DNA of 64,000 bases from Octopus sinensis (lineage: Eukaryota): the NCBI RefSeq assembly GCF_006345805.1, contig NC_043018.1:620001-684000 (forward strand), given 5' to 3'. This document shows positions 12,611 to 26,809 of this stretch, piece by piece. Both the position numbers and the translations under genes were made by a program. Position 1 is the first letter of the stretch. Each line of letters opens with the position of its first letter. The notes beneath the pieces were generated by a model. That model was not told where the DNA came from. It searched no databases and saw nothing but the letters and a program-made list of their open reading frames with translations.

Positions 12611-13012
12611 TACTCTTACTCTTTTACTCTTTTACTTGTTTCAGTCATTTGACTGCGGCCATGCTGGAGCACCGCCTCTAATCGAGCAACCCGACCCCGG
12701 AACTTATTCTATTGTAAGCCCAGTACTTATTCTATCGGTCTCATTTGCCGAACCGCTAAGTGACGGTGACGTAAACACACCAGCATCGGTTGTCAAGCAA
12801 TGCTATGGGGACAAACACATACACACAAACACACGCACGCATACATATATATATATACATATATACGACGGGCTTCTTTCAGTTTCCGTCTACCAAATCC
12901 ACTCACAAGGCATTGGTCGGCCCGAGGCTATAGTAGAAGACACTTGCCCAAGTTGCCACGGAGTGGGACTGAACCCGGAACCATGTGGTTGGTAGACAGG
13001 CTACTTACCACA
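12611..13012 (-). mobile_element. SINE family A
   Basis: (actctttt)n tail followed by the reverse-complemented consensus. Confidence 0.9.
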
Positions 13013-13200
13013 TAAATATATGCTCTAATATGGTTTTAGTTAATCCCATGGGAATGATGAGTGTTATAAAGAGAACCGGATCAATAAATTATATGAGAAT
13101 CAGGGTTTAACTATCTGATCTGATATTGAAGCTTGATCCGTTGCTTGCGTAGCAGGAACAGGTAATTCCAAACTCGTTCTAGCAAAGCTATATTTTCGTT

Positions 13201-13796
13201 GGCAAGCTGGCAGAAACGTTAGCGCGCCGGGCGAAATGTTTAGCGGTATTTCGTCTGTCGTTATGTTCTGAGTTCAAATTCCGCCGAGGTCGACTTTGCC
13301 TTTCATCCTTTCGGGGTCGATAAATTAAGTACCAGTTACGCACTGGGATCGATGTAATCGACTTAATACCTATGTCTGTCCTTGTTTGTCCCCTCTGTGT
13401 TTAGCCCCTTGTGGGTAATAAAGAAATAAAAATAGGTATTTCGTCTGTCGTTATGTTCTGAGTTCAAATTCCGCCGAGGTCGACTTTGCCTTTCATCCTT
13501 TCGGGGTCGATAAATTAAGTACCAGTTACGCAGTGGGGTCGATATAATCGACTTAATACCTATGTCTGTCCTTGTTTGTCCCCTCTGTGTTTAGCCCCTT
13601 GTGGGTAATAAAGAAAAAGAAATAGGTATTTCGTCTGTCGTTATGTTCTGAGTTCAAATTCCGCCGTGGTCGACTTTGCCTTTCATCCTTTCGGGGTCGA
13701 TAAATAAAGTACCAGTTTTGCAACTGGGGTAATTGTGATTCCTTTGTCCTTGTTTGTCCCCTCTATGTTTAGCCCCTTGTGGGCAGTAAAGAAATA
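13201..13796 (+). mobile_element. SINE B head-to-tail trimer, 190-bp period
   Basis: Units restart at ggtatttcgtctgtcg at 13245, 13435 and 13625. Confidence 0.9.
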
Positions 13797-15428
13797 TATA
13801 TTTTCGTTTCTTCTGTTTCTTGTATAGAATCACTTACCTTTCTATTTTGTGTGATCGAGTTAGCATTCGTTATTTTGTGTGTGATTTATGTTTTATCTGA
13901 GAAGAATGTACAGGTTTTCTGTTTTGCATTTGTTTTCAGTGGTTCATGTTGTTTCGGCTAAGAATTGTTACATAATATCATATCCTTTTCGTGAGTTCTG
14001 AGATATCGTGCAATGTTTTCTGTGCATGTTTAAAAAGATAATATTCTTAGTACGTATTACGTGATTTTTGTTGCGCAAGTTATGCGTTTTAAATATTATA
14101 CAAACGTTTCAGAGATACAATTGTAGTATAAATGTGCAAGTGTCTAATAGTAGAAGTCTCCTCTATTGTTAAGTGTTTGTAAGTGTCTAGCACGTGGCTC
14201 ACGTAGCAAGTTTCGGAATTGGTTAATAGTGATCGTCTATGATTTTGTTCTTAGGTTTAAGCAAACCAACAGCTCCAGTTAGAATTGATAGCGTCTTTCT
14301 GTCCATCACATTCATCCTGCCAATTTTAACCACGATATACTTGGTCTTACACTATTTTCTTCTCGACAGCAGATGATGTGTTGACCTGAAGAAAAAAAAA
14401 AACATTGATCAAAGTACATCAATTTTAGTAAGACCTTAGTAATTAAATGGGCTGGATCTATTCATTCTCTTGGACTTTAATTTGGACACCGATCTTTTGC
14501 AGATAAACAAGACCATTCTTCCCTGGTTTTAAAGCCATTGTTTTGCTTTCATTCCACCTTTCATTTGTCCTGGCTTAGAGCTTTTTTCACTCCAGGATTT
14601 TTATATTTGGGAATTCCGACAGAATTGTATGCTTGGTTTCTTCTAAAGTGTCATGATCTTATTAGCATGGAATTATCTTCCTTCTGTGTAATTACCTTCC
14701 AGTTTGATTCCTTGTGCTAATTTTTTCTGTTTACCTTAAACGCATTTACTACACTGATCTAATTCTCTTCTTACATCTAACCTGTTTCTAAGCCCAATAT
14801 CGATACTTTGTAACAGAACACTCACTCTCTCTCTCTCTCTCTCCCTCTCTCTCACTCTCTCTCAGTTTTCCATAGCCTCTGTGTGTACAGAGTTAAATAT
14901 ATCCATTGAATATCACCTTTGATTTGATGACTAAAAATAACAATAATTGCTTTCTTGTTTTATAACAATTTCATATCACGTAAACCCATATTTATAATAT
15001 TGTATATGCAAGCCATCTGAGACGGCTTGCATATTTCTCTTATTCATAGTATACAATTTTCAATATTCACTTGATTCTCCAGGGGTAATCGTATTTTTCT
15101 GATTCTCACAATGCATTAATTGTATATTGCTGACTAGTCTCATCTCCTAAATGAATATGAGAGGATATAGTTTAATTCTTAGATCTCAACGAATTATTTA
15201 TTGCTTTAAGATAAATTCATCTTGAATGAATACGTGAACACTTACAAACTCATCGAAATGGCTATTAACCTTTTAAGTAGTTTTAAATCCTTCAGGAGTG
15301 GGGGAAAGTTTTTTCTTTTTTCTTTTCTTTTTCTTTTTTTACAATTTGGCCATAGCATTTATACCTATTACAGTTAAACATTACTAGTTTTGTTGATGGT
15401 CTACAAGCCAGGATAGATATTTTGTTCT

Positions 15429-15773
15429 GGTGGTGGTGACCCCCTTCGGTCAGACACTGACCATGGGTTTGCACCTAGAGAGTTACCCTCTAAGGCACAA
15501 GTCTGGGCAAGGTTGTTTTATGGAAGACCAGCAGTCGCCCATGCATACCAGCCTCCCCTCTCCACGTCACCGATGTTGTCCAAGGCAAAGGCAAGGGCCG
15601 ATACAGCTTGGCACCTGTACGTCGCAGATCATTTCTACAGCTGAGTGAACTGGAGCAACTTGAAATAAAGTGTCTTGCTCAAGAACACAACACGCAGCCC
15701 GGTTCGGGATTCGAGCTCACAACTTCACGATCGTAAGCTCGACGCTCTAAACACTGAGCCACGCGCCTTCACT
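15429..15773 (-). mobile_element. SINE family D (tRNA head plus CORE-like domain)
   Basis: Head ggcgcgtggctcagtg...gagctcgaatccc, then gtgttcttgagcaagacactttatttc (CORE-like) and a (CCA)n tail. Probable TSD tattttgttct at 15418-15428 and 15779-15789. Confidence 0.8.
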
Positions 15774-16063
15774 ATATTTATTTTGTTCTAATAGGGCTTA
15801 TCTCACAAAGATTTCTCGCACGAAGATAGTAGATCGGATTAATTTTGATATATGCTTGTTGATATATTTCCTTTCCACCTTTAATGAAATAACTGATGTA
15901 GTGGAGTTGAAATGCTTACATAGAATGATCCAATGCATATGACTGGGGTATACAATCAAGCTAGACGTCAAGGTGGACGAGAACAGAGCTAAACTGCTGA
16001 TAAGCGACAAGGAAAAGTTGATGGTCGTTGACCACAGTATGTTCGATAAGACATTACGAGATA

Positions 16064-16459
16064 TCTTTATATATAAAAGTGAAGTTGTGTGTCTGTCTCC
16101 TACGATTTAGATTCCTAACTACTCCCACATTTTGCGGTGCAGTTTAACCAAAAGCGGGTATCTTATAGTCGTGATTCATATCGAGCCCTTCTGGGTATTA
16201 GCGCGCGTCTACGATGAGTCGACGATTTAAAAAATAATTTACCATCATTTTTTCCATTTTAATGCATTTTTTCGCTATTATATAAGGGAAGTAACTCTCT
16301 AAAAATGTCTACGATGAGTCAAAGATTTAAAAAAAAATTAACCATCATTTTTTTTTCCATTTTTAATGCATTTTTTTGCTATTTTTTGGCTATAACTCTC
16401 TAAAAATGTTTATAGTTATTTCCCTTAAAAACCCGAGCAACGCCGGGCGATACTGCTAG
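16064..16459 (+). mobile_element. Non-autonomous Helitron, copy 1
   Basis: 5' TC after A; 3' hairpin CCCGAGCAACGCCGGG (16432-16447) followed by CTAG then T; no TSD. Confidence 0.85.
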
Positions 16460-16955
16460 TTATATATAAAAGAAAGGTTGTGTGCTGTCTGTCTCCTACG
16501 ATTTAGATTCCTAACTACTCCCACATTTTGCGGTGCAGTTTAACCAAAACCGGGTATCTTATAGTCGTGATTCATATCGAGCCCTTCTGGGTATTAGCGC
16601 GCGTCTACGATGAGTCTACAATTTTAAAAATAATTTACCATCATTTTTTCCATTTTAATGCATTTTTTCGCTATTATATAAGGGAAGTAACCCTCTAAAA
16701 ATGTCTAGATGAGTCAACGATTTTTAAAAATAATTTACCATCATTTTTTTCATTCTAATGCATTTTTTCGCTATTATATAAAGGAAGTAACTCTCTAAAA
16801 ATGTCTACGATGAGTCAACGATTAAAAGAAAATTTACCATCATTTGTTTTCCATTTTTAATGCATTTTTTGGCTATTTTTTGGCTATAACTCTCTATAAA
16901 GGCTTATATAGTTATTTCCCTTACAAACCCGAGCAACGCCGGGCGAAACTGCTAG
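16460..16955 (+). mobile_element. Non-autonomous Helitron, copy 2 (head-to-tail with copy 1)
   Basis: Same termini; carries three internal ~100-bp repeats instead of two. Confidence 0.85.
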
Positions 16956-18224
16956 TATATCTATATTACTTTGAACAGAGAACGAGACTAGACCTCTTTC
17001 ATAAGGAGAGAGAAAGGAGTCGAAAGTAATCAGGTTCCTCTCAGTTTCAATTTCAATGAAGGAGCAGAGCGAAATGAATAGCTTACTTACAGAGTGACGA
17101 TACTTTTGCTTTTATTCATAGCATATAAGCTCATTCTCAAAATACCCACCATACACACACATAGGTTTTCTGCAAAATTAGCCGACAGAAGAAGTACGAT
17201 TCTAAACACTTAACTGATGGGGTGGATTTGTTCGATTAAACTTTTAAGGAAGGACCACAGCATATCCGACTCCATTAAACGATACTGGCGAAAGATTAGA
17301 GAGAAAGTATAGTGAAAACAAAAATGCAAACACATAAAAGAAAAAATTATTCTGAATTGGCAGAAATAAAAAATAAAAGCATTTCGATATCATATCTGGC
17401 AAACTAGTTGTAAGTGATTTGAATTCGGAAGCGAAAATATTTACACGAACAATTATTGTAAAGTGATTTGAATTAGGAAGCTCTATTACGATTTCACGAA
17501 CGTTGAAATTTGTGCAATTTAATAAATAGTAGATCAAGTAAAGTCGGAATGATTTAAAGAAATTCGGAATTAGTTGGTTTAAATAATGAACGTGTTATTA
17601 TTGAGTTCTAAATAACCTCTGACCTCTACGGACTGTGGCTTCTGCGAAAGTATTTGAGGCCACATCAAGTCAAACGTAAGTCAACATAAGTTTGACTGAT
17701 GTTGTAGCAATTTGGCACACATGCACTCAGACACGCACGCACACAATCACAAATATTTATGAGTATATATTCATGTGCCTGTGTACACACCAGCATCTAT
17801 ATGGATATCTAGAAATTGGGTATTTTGGTATATACATTACATATGATTGTGCATATAAAATTAGGCGCATACACAAACATATACATACATTCAGGTGAAT
17901 TCATACATACATATGTGTGCGGGCGTATCTGTGTGTGTGGGTGTGCAGTAGTAGTAGTAGGAGGAGGATGGAAAGAGGACTAGAAATGTAGAGACAGTTA
18001 GATACACACATAGATATAGATGTTTGATATGGGAATCACAATTACACACGCATACATAGATGGATGCAGATGATTAAGACTTATATAAAAAATCACGTGA
18101 GCGAGCACAGGAATCATCTTGACTACATACATACAAACATACATACATATATATATGTGTATGTATGTATGTATGTATGTATGTATGTATGTATGTATGT
18201 GTATATATATATATATATTATATA

Positions 18225-18260
<36 letters not shown>

Positions 18261-18263
<3 letters not shown>

Positions 18264-18670
18264 AAATTATGGCATGCCTCTTTTATGGCATCGTCGGAAT
18301 TAAATTATTTTCGTATCAAAAAGATTCTGAACAAGAAGGGCAAGAGAAGTGCAAGAAGATTTCTGGCATCAGGATGAAGAGTGTTGTACCTCTGCAAAAG
18401 ATGCTGAACAACAACAACCTGATCAGAACCTTCAAGACTACACTTGAAACAATTCCACTTGGCATCAGGACATACAAGGTCAGATAAGAAACCAGCTGGT
18501 CAACATGGTGGTTTAATATGCCAACAACAAATGAAATGGCTGTGCTTTTGGTTGGGGGGAAAAATAAGACAGGCGTGGCAATGTCCTCTATCCGATGAGG
18601 ATTTCGGAAAGGCACTGATCCTTTGATGCTCTACAGTATCTATTCCTATTCTGTTATGGACAACACTGAT
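18261..18670 (+). pseudogene. Helitron RepHel fossil (N-terminal, pre-Rep region)
   Basis: Frameshifted translation ...LQKMLNNNNLIRTFKTTLE...DKKPAGQHGG.FNMPTTNEMAVLLVG...FDALQYLFLFCYG matches the Helitron pattern D.RP.GEH.GRFNAPT.NEVA...YDALQYPL.F..G. Confidence 0.8.
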
Positions 18671-19610
18671 CAGACAAACCCCTCAGGATCAAAATTGAAT
18701 GAAGTCGGGCATACATTATCCTTTCTAGTATATGAATAAGTCCTGAAATTTCAGGACAGGAGACTATTCGATGAGATCAACCCCGTTGCTCAACTGGTTC
18801 TTATATCTTTAACCTCTAAAGAATGAAATGTAAGGCCAGTTTCAGTCGAATTTTCATTCAGAATGCAAAAACAAACATCGCTAAGCGTTTTACCCGGCTT
18901 TCTATCTCACCATCTCTCTCACCGCTGACTGAAATTGATGTTACTGCTTTGCCAGCACACCGCTCATAGGAATTTATGCTATGTATTTCTGTCAACAAAT
19001 ATTTGTTTATTTTAAACCACATATACAGACATGTAATAAATACTTTATATGGAGTATGCAATAAAGCAAAATTATAATCATTATTGCTCTTTTACCTCGT
19101 CGGATATTAGTCGGCATAGAAAGATCAATATGTAATAGAATATAGATTTATAAAATTTCAATGGTGTACTGTCTCCATTGAGACAGACAAGATGTTTATA
19201 CTTCTTCAAGAGCAAACACTTAAGCATTTGAAATATCAGACGTGTATATATTAACTGATGGAGAGAAAATAAATGACAAGATTCAAGTTTTTAGATTTTT
19301 TAAAAGACCAAGACCTACACTTATTCTTTCTAATAACGAATGAAATTAGTGTCCTTAAACGTGAAAGAGAAAGCCACCTATTAGTTTTCATTATAAAAAC
19401 ACTATATACATCTCTGTATAAATACACTCACTTCTTCTTTCGTGTATATACACGCAGGTATGTTGTCACGTTATTTGATAGCATTGGCATAGAGTGACCT
19501 GTAATGACGTAGATTTAACAGTACATAAATAAATATAGTTAAGTATACAAACACAGCCTATACATACACATATATATATATATATGTATATATATATATG
19601 TATATACATA

Positions 19611-19666
<56 letters not shown>

Positions 19667-19740
19667 TGTGTGCGCGTGTGTGTGTGTATACTTATATATA
19701 GACATGTACACACACACGCACATACATATATATATTCATT

Positions 19741-19891
19741 TAAGAGCCCCAACGTGCATTGCAGATTTTAAGAAAATTTTTGGAAAAGAATGGGAAAAAG
19801 TCCTAAAGAAACATGCGAGTAATTGATTAAGAACTACAAGAAGAGATTGGTTGAAGTGGAACTGAATAATGGTTATGCTACGAAATATTAA
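19741..19891 (+). pseudogene. Tc1-family transposase C-terminal fossil
   Basis: ...KEWEKV / LIKNYKKRLVEVELNNGYATKY* resembles the Tc1 terminus EEW.KI...L..SY.KRL..V....G.ATKY*. Confidence 0.7.
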
Positions 19892-20133
19892 ATCAGAATT
19901 ATCAGTTATTCATGCTCTGTACGAATACTTTTTTCACCCTAAATATTTATAATTGAATATAAATTCATTAGTTACAATAATTTATTAGTTTTTTTGCATA
20001 TTCTTAGTTTATGCATGTATATATATATATATATAATTCACAAAGCAAAAATACACTCACCTATATATATATGACATATAAGCATGTATATATATATGCA
20101 TATGTATATATACATAGGCATATATACATAGGC

Positions 20134-20180
<47 letters not shown>

Positions 20181-21306
20181 CATACACACTAACACACGTA
20201 CACATGTATAAGTACAGACTTAAAAAGAATTAATAGTACATTAAAAGACACATATACATATACAGTATCCTGCAAGTATTGGAGGGCACAAATACTTGTT
20301 TGCGTATGTGTACATGTGCGAATACTTATAAGGCAATCATCATATGGATATAAGCCAACTTCACCCCCAATGATTACATGGAAAACTTGTTTTTAACAAT
20401 AGTAGTTGTAAACATAAAATGTGATATATAATATACAATAAAAAACTCAATATATTATTTAGAGAAATATAGTCAATGGACACTTAATAAGCTTAATGAA
20501 AATTAAATGCTAAATATGTTAACCAAACTATCTTTACAGGTCAAAATAATTAGGTCCTCATTATTGCATAATTGACAAAAATCCCTATCTCCAGTTGAAG
20601 CCATTGCACAATTATCTATAGAACAAGTTATTGAGTAATTTATACACTCTTTAAGATTCCAAATTGAATTGCTTGCATGGTGACGTGTAATTAACCTTAA
20701 TTTTCAGTTTAGAATTATGTAAAGGATTTCGTTATAGAATGTTGAAACAATTCGATACGGTACGGATGTAGTTATTTATAATCCCAGGAGTAAAGACCAA
20801 TCACTCGTAAAGAAATTTATCTATGCTACATTTATTTTGTATGTGAAGCATATCTTATGCATATTAATCTTCACCTAGGATTTGCGAAGTGCTCCCTTTA
20901 TAATTTATTGCAGTTTACCTGGTGTTTATTCAGTTTATTTAATACTACAGTAGCCAGGTCCCTAAAAGGTGTGCTATTCCGGAACATGGATTACCTTTAT
21001 CTCTAGAAATTGTATATATCTCTGTCTGTGTGTGTGAGTGTGCGAGTGTGTGTTTGTGAAGATATCTGACGAGGTATTACAGAGTTTGTCCCTAGCGAAT
21101 TCGATCACATGTCATTATTTAACCGGCGGCACGGTAGCTGACACCCCACAAAAGTGCCACACAGTTTGACCCCGAAATCACAAAGCGAACTTCTTCAAGC
21201 AGCATGCTTCATTATACATTTATGCATGCATACACACACAAACATACACATACACTCACACGCAAACGCACACACTCACACACCACACACACAAACATAT
21301 ATATAT

Positions 21307-21386
<80 letters not shown>

Positions 21387-24300
21387 TGTATGCTTTTATA
21401 CAATTCACTGAATATATATTCGCTGGATAGTATGAATACATCCACTTTTCTGTATTACCAACCCAGTAACTGCTAGAAACCCTTCACATTTCAAACCATT
21501 GGAATATTTAGTTGGAAAATTCTTTATCCTGCAAGCAGGAGAATTATTCAACATATGTTTTTTTAAAAATCTTTAAATAGAAGATATATTATTATAGTAG
21601 AATAGAAAAATATAGAATGAGTTGAAAACAAACCTACAAAAGACAAGGAATACTGACGCATACAAACACACAAAAACACACTTATCTTAGTTTGTTCTTA
21701 CCATTGGCACAATAAGTGTCTCCGTAGGAAATCTTCGAATGGTTTCCATTGTTTTGACCAAATTTTCTTGTACAAAGACGATGGACAATATTTGTTTTCT
21801 CTGTCACAGTTTTTCTTTTCAAATATGTTTTTTTCGTTTTATATTATTAATTATTTTTTTTATTCAATTCTCTATTTATTTTCTCCCTAGAATTTTTTTT
21901 TCAAGAACAATGAAACATAATATCAATGGTATTGATTTCTGACAGAATAGTTGTGAAAAAAATGAAAAGTAAAAAAAAAACGTAAACAGAAAAAGAATAA
22001 CACTAAAAATAACAACAATAATATCATTCATAAAAAGGAAAGAGTATGAAAATGAAGTGAAAAGGAACAATATCTTAAATGGTAAAGGAAAAAAGAAACG
22101 TTGTGTAAAAGAGCATTCTTCGGTATTTCTTTTCATATTTTGATATATTGAAGTTTGTATATCTGTGAATTTCTTTCCTTTTTGTCTGTTTTATTTTTAA
22201 CTTCCCAAAAATCAAGACAAAGCGTACAAAATGGTTCTCTAGACAATTTTAAGTGAAAAACGAATGTTATAACTCATTCGTAAATAGGCAGCGCTTAGAA
22301 TATATTTTAGTGCCTGCTTGCACAAAAAAAAAAGAACGAAAAAAGAAAAAAAAAGAAATCAGTTTAGAGGTTGTGGAGTTCTATTTCTTGAAATTTATAT
22401 TTCTTTTGCTTTTCGTTGAGTATGTGTAAGAAATAACAGAACTGAAATGTATATTAATGAGAATTCTTGGAGGAAAATCCATTTTCTAGAAAAATCGAAA
22501 TAGCTATAGCTCTTGTTTAAATATGTGCATTACTCTAATTTAGGATGCACTTCAAAGAGGAATATATATATGTGAACGCTTACAGTATCATGCTGAGCTA
22601 ATATGCTATGCATTCTCCGAAATCCATTTAAAATGGATTTTACTGAGTCTATTTAAAAGGATATATGGTGTAAGCCCATAAAAAATGAAAGCAGTTTTAG
22701 ATGTTAGTTTAATATATAATTTACTCTGTTTTAGGATATTCTTCAAAAGAGAAAAGGAATCTATTACGAAATGCGGTAATGACGCAACTTGCTAAAGGGA
22801 GATCAATATGCTTCAAGTTATTTTTAGGGAGAAACCGACTAAAATATTTTTTCGGTGAAGTTAAAAATGTGCTTCAGAATTTGTGAAAGAGATTTCCTGA
22901 CAGACGATTTAAAGTCTCGGATGTATAGTTTATTTGCTGCCTTTATTTTGAGGGTTCAAGCCTAGGACATTCCAATGATCTCCTCCAAAATGTCCTATTG
23001 ATTCAATTTATGTTACCCTTGTTTCTTTGTAATTATACACCAGATGAAAAAATAAAACAAACACATTCTTTATGTGGAGACAACGACGAACTTGATACAG
23101 CGATTAGTATTAAGCCTGCGGCATTGTCTAATGGGATGTGACAGTAGTGAATCAGGAATATTTCAGTGGAGCTGACCTCAACGAAGAGAAAGTATATTTA
23201 CTCTAATTATTTGATCGTTTATATGGGCTAAATGTATGTGGAACTCCATTGTTAGATGTTCATTCAACAACCAAGTAATATATATCCAATTACAAGTAAG
23301 TTAAATGAGAATTGAAAGATATAGCGCAATTCTAATTTTCTCAAAATTCCTAAGCTTGCTATTTTAATCTGGGTGCACAACATAAGAGAATGAATGTGTT
23401 TCATTAGTCAGACACAAGAGCAAAGTGGAGTAAAATGTTTTCATTTATTGTAAAGAGACAATGATCGGAATAACGATAGTGAATAAATTGAAAGCCAGGA
23501 AGCTGTGAAGGCAATCCACATCTTCAACATTTAAATTAGTTGTAGCTGTTGTTTAATTGTGTACTTTAGCACGTATTTGAAACTGTTGCTTAATTCCAAA
23601 CATTAGGAAACTTAGTTTATATTGATTCTACATAACAAAGAAAATAAAATGATATATGTGAGACAGTATTTTCTTTCTAAAGTGAATTAGCGAAATAAGA
23701 ACCGAAAATTCGTTTGCCTACAAAAAAGTGCACAAATGTTGCTATAGAATCAGTTTATAAGAACAGAAACGTCACTTGACAGTATGTATGTATGTATGTA
23801 TGTATGTATGAATGTATGTATGTATGTATGTATGTATGTATGTATGTATGTATGTATGTATGCATGTATGTATGCGTATGAATGTATGTATGTGTGCGTA
23901 TGTGTGTATGTATAACGAATGTCTGTGTGTATGTATGCATATGTATAGGTATGATTGAATGTATGTATATTTATATATGTAGACGTGTGTACATGATGAG
24001 ATGTGTATACATAATATTGTGTATATATCCACATCCGTACCAGCTTAGAACTTGGGTTACTTTTCTAATGGGATTATGCGATAAAGAGACAAAATGAGAA
24101 GGGATTAGTGGGTGAAGAAGTGTGTGTGTGTGTGTGTGTTTGTGTATTTGTGTGTGTGTGAATGTGTGCGTGTTTTGCATTCATATTAAAATGTAGCGTT
24201 ATTAGAAAATGACGTAACCGATCACAATTTATAAATGAAAATGAAAATCTCCAAATGTAAAAAAAATGTACTAACACCAAAGTTTTGAGACAGCAGGTAA

Positions 24301-24679
24301 AAGTCTCTCCCATATATATAACTTATGGTTTATGTAAAGTTTCAGCAATGTTTCTTCAGGTGTATCTATGTTGCAACAACAGTGCTGTTATGTTACAAAG
24401 GTACCTTGGTCAATTCATATTGTTATTCATATTTTTATATAAACCACTTTCTCTCTCTTACTTCATCTCGCCTTCCCTTTGTCTGTCTGTCTGTCTCTAT
24501 ATCTCACTCTCTCTACATATATTCATATAGACACACATACACAAACAGGCACACACATGCACACACCCACCGTGCATAGGGAGAATTAGAGAAGGATAGA
24601 TACAGATATATGCAATAGCGACCTGTATGAATAAATGTGCCATTCTCTTTGTGTTTAGGTCTCCATATATGTCTGTGCT

Positions 24680-24755
24680 TTCTTTCTTGAGCGTTCAATA
24701 ATACTATACGTGTTCCACGTCCTCGCATTGTTTGTGTTTTCATGTTTGGATTAAC
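24680..24755 (+). mobile_element. 5'-truncated HHR element F1 (portion downstream of the ribozyme only)
   Basis: ttgagcgttcaataatactata...ttccacgtcctcgc...gtttggattaac followed by (TA)n matches the 3' end of F1. Confidence 0.75.
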
Positions 24756-24764
24756 TATACATAC

Positions 24765-24809
<45 letters not shown>

Positions 24810-25000
24810 TATATATATATAACATAGTAAATAGGGTAATAAAATAAATAAATTATTATTACCAGTGATCTAGCACAAAAGACAAATTAGTCATTAGACT
24901 ATATGTTATTCATATATAAGTACATTAAAAGGCACCTAAATAAATGAATTTATCACCTTTTGTGTATCTAGTACTTGCTTCTTTATTTAGGGGCCTTTTA

Positions 25001-25050
<50 letters not shown>

Positions 25051-25582
25051 GGATCCTTTTCATGTCCTATAGAACATCATTTTCCATAAGCGTAACTTCT
25101 ACAAAAGCCCAAATGCTGTTTTATAGCCATAAGGCCTATATTTGTATGTGCATATCTATGGATGTGCCGGCTACATGTATCGTTTGTTTGTTTGCATCAC
25201 CATCCTTTACGTTACCTCACTTATTCATTACAATTTTCTGCTGTTGACGTCACGAATTTTAGCAATATCATTGTTAATAGCGCGAAATTATAATGATATT
25301 GGGATGATAATTGATGAAAGAAGAGCTTGGCCACGTCTTCTGCGATCTAGTCGACTGGCCCACTCCCCAAAGATTTCGGGCCTTGTGTCTAGAGTAGAAT
25401 TGAATATATTTCTCAGGTGTGTCGTCGATCACTCTGGCGCCAAAGTATTTCTCGTCTTCCTTTTACTCTTTCAAAGAAACGAAATGTTTATAGGCAGCTT
25501 TACTTTGCAAGAATCACCTTTGCATAAGCGAAAGCAAACCACACAAACTGTATTTCCGAACAGTAGTAGTAGTAGCAGCAGC

Positions 25583-25642
<60 letters not shown>

Positions 25643-25980
25643 GTTAAAACGAAGACAAACAAACATCAGCAACTAAAATATTGATAACAACAGTAATGGT
25701 GATTCATGAAAACCTTTCAAATGCCACTTGTCAATATTTTTCGTTTTAATAAGAAGCACTTATCTGCTTAGGGTTGATGCAGTATAAATATTTGTCAAGT
25801 GAACGTCCGTCAAAATTACCTCCTAATCGACTGTAACAAGAATCGATTAAGTCTAGATGTGAAATTTATCAATAATAATCAAATGTTATTAGCAGAACAG
25901 TTTGCTTAATTAAAGAAAAGAAGAACGTCTATATATATACATATATACATATATACATATATATATATATACATATAAAG

Positions 25981-26044
<64 letters not shown>

Positions 26045-26247
26045 CCCTTTTGAGTGTATTATTGACTTTTTTGATGCTGTACCTATCAAATCATCAAATC
26101 AGTCGATGTACATTTACGAATGGGGAACTGAGAAATGACAAAAAGGAAAAAATAATATTTTCTCTCTCTCACTCTCTCTCTATATATATACACATGTATA
26201 TCTGTATGTGAGTGTGTGTGTGGGGGGGCATGTGTGTGTACGTATAT

Positions 26248-26488
26248 ACATAGGGTTGGACAAATGTTACCTGGCAGTAAATCAAAAGCATTTAATTCCA
26301 AGATTTATTTATGTTTAACAACTGAATGACTTTAATAAAAGTATGTAAATACGAACCATCATGAAGAGTGTTCTAACAGAAGTCCTTCTTGAGCGACACA
26401 TTTTCCCATTTGAGTCAATAAAGAATTACAAATGGTATTTATGGAATTCTAATTAACTGTCGGGTGACTTTTGGCCAATGCTTTATAT
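26248..26488. mobile_element. Degenerate Tc1/mariner-type MITE
   Basis: Imperfect ~30-bp terminal inverted repeats (TIRs): ttggacaaatgttacctggcagt versus reverse-complement ttggccaaaagtcacccgacagt. Confidence 0.5.
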
Positions 26489-26530
26489 TCTTTTATTAAA
26501 GCTGCAAAATTATCACACACCTGTTACTGA

Positions 26531-26617
<87 letters not shown>

Positions 26618-26760
26618 TTCTCTCTCTCTATATATATATATGTAGATAAATGGTACAACAAGACATTATATATATATAGAAGAAGAAGAAGAAGAAGAAG
26701 AAGAAGAAGAAGAAGAAGAAGAAGAGAAAGAAAAAGGATCGAGTTTAAAAATCCAATCAC

Positions 26761-26809
<49 letters not shown>

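Noticed and set aside
13201-13796. CRISPR-like array or satellite
   Set aside because: The units are contiguous SINE B copies with no unique spacers, in a eukaryotic context.
23044-23141. Possible terminal exon (acceptor at 23043; EKIKQTHSLCGDNDELDTAISIKPAALSNGM*)
   Set aside because: No recognisable homology or linked upstream exon; indistinguishable from chance without RNA data.
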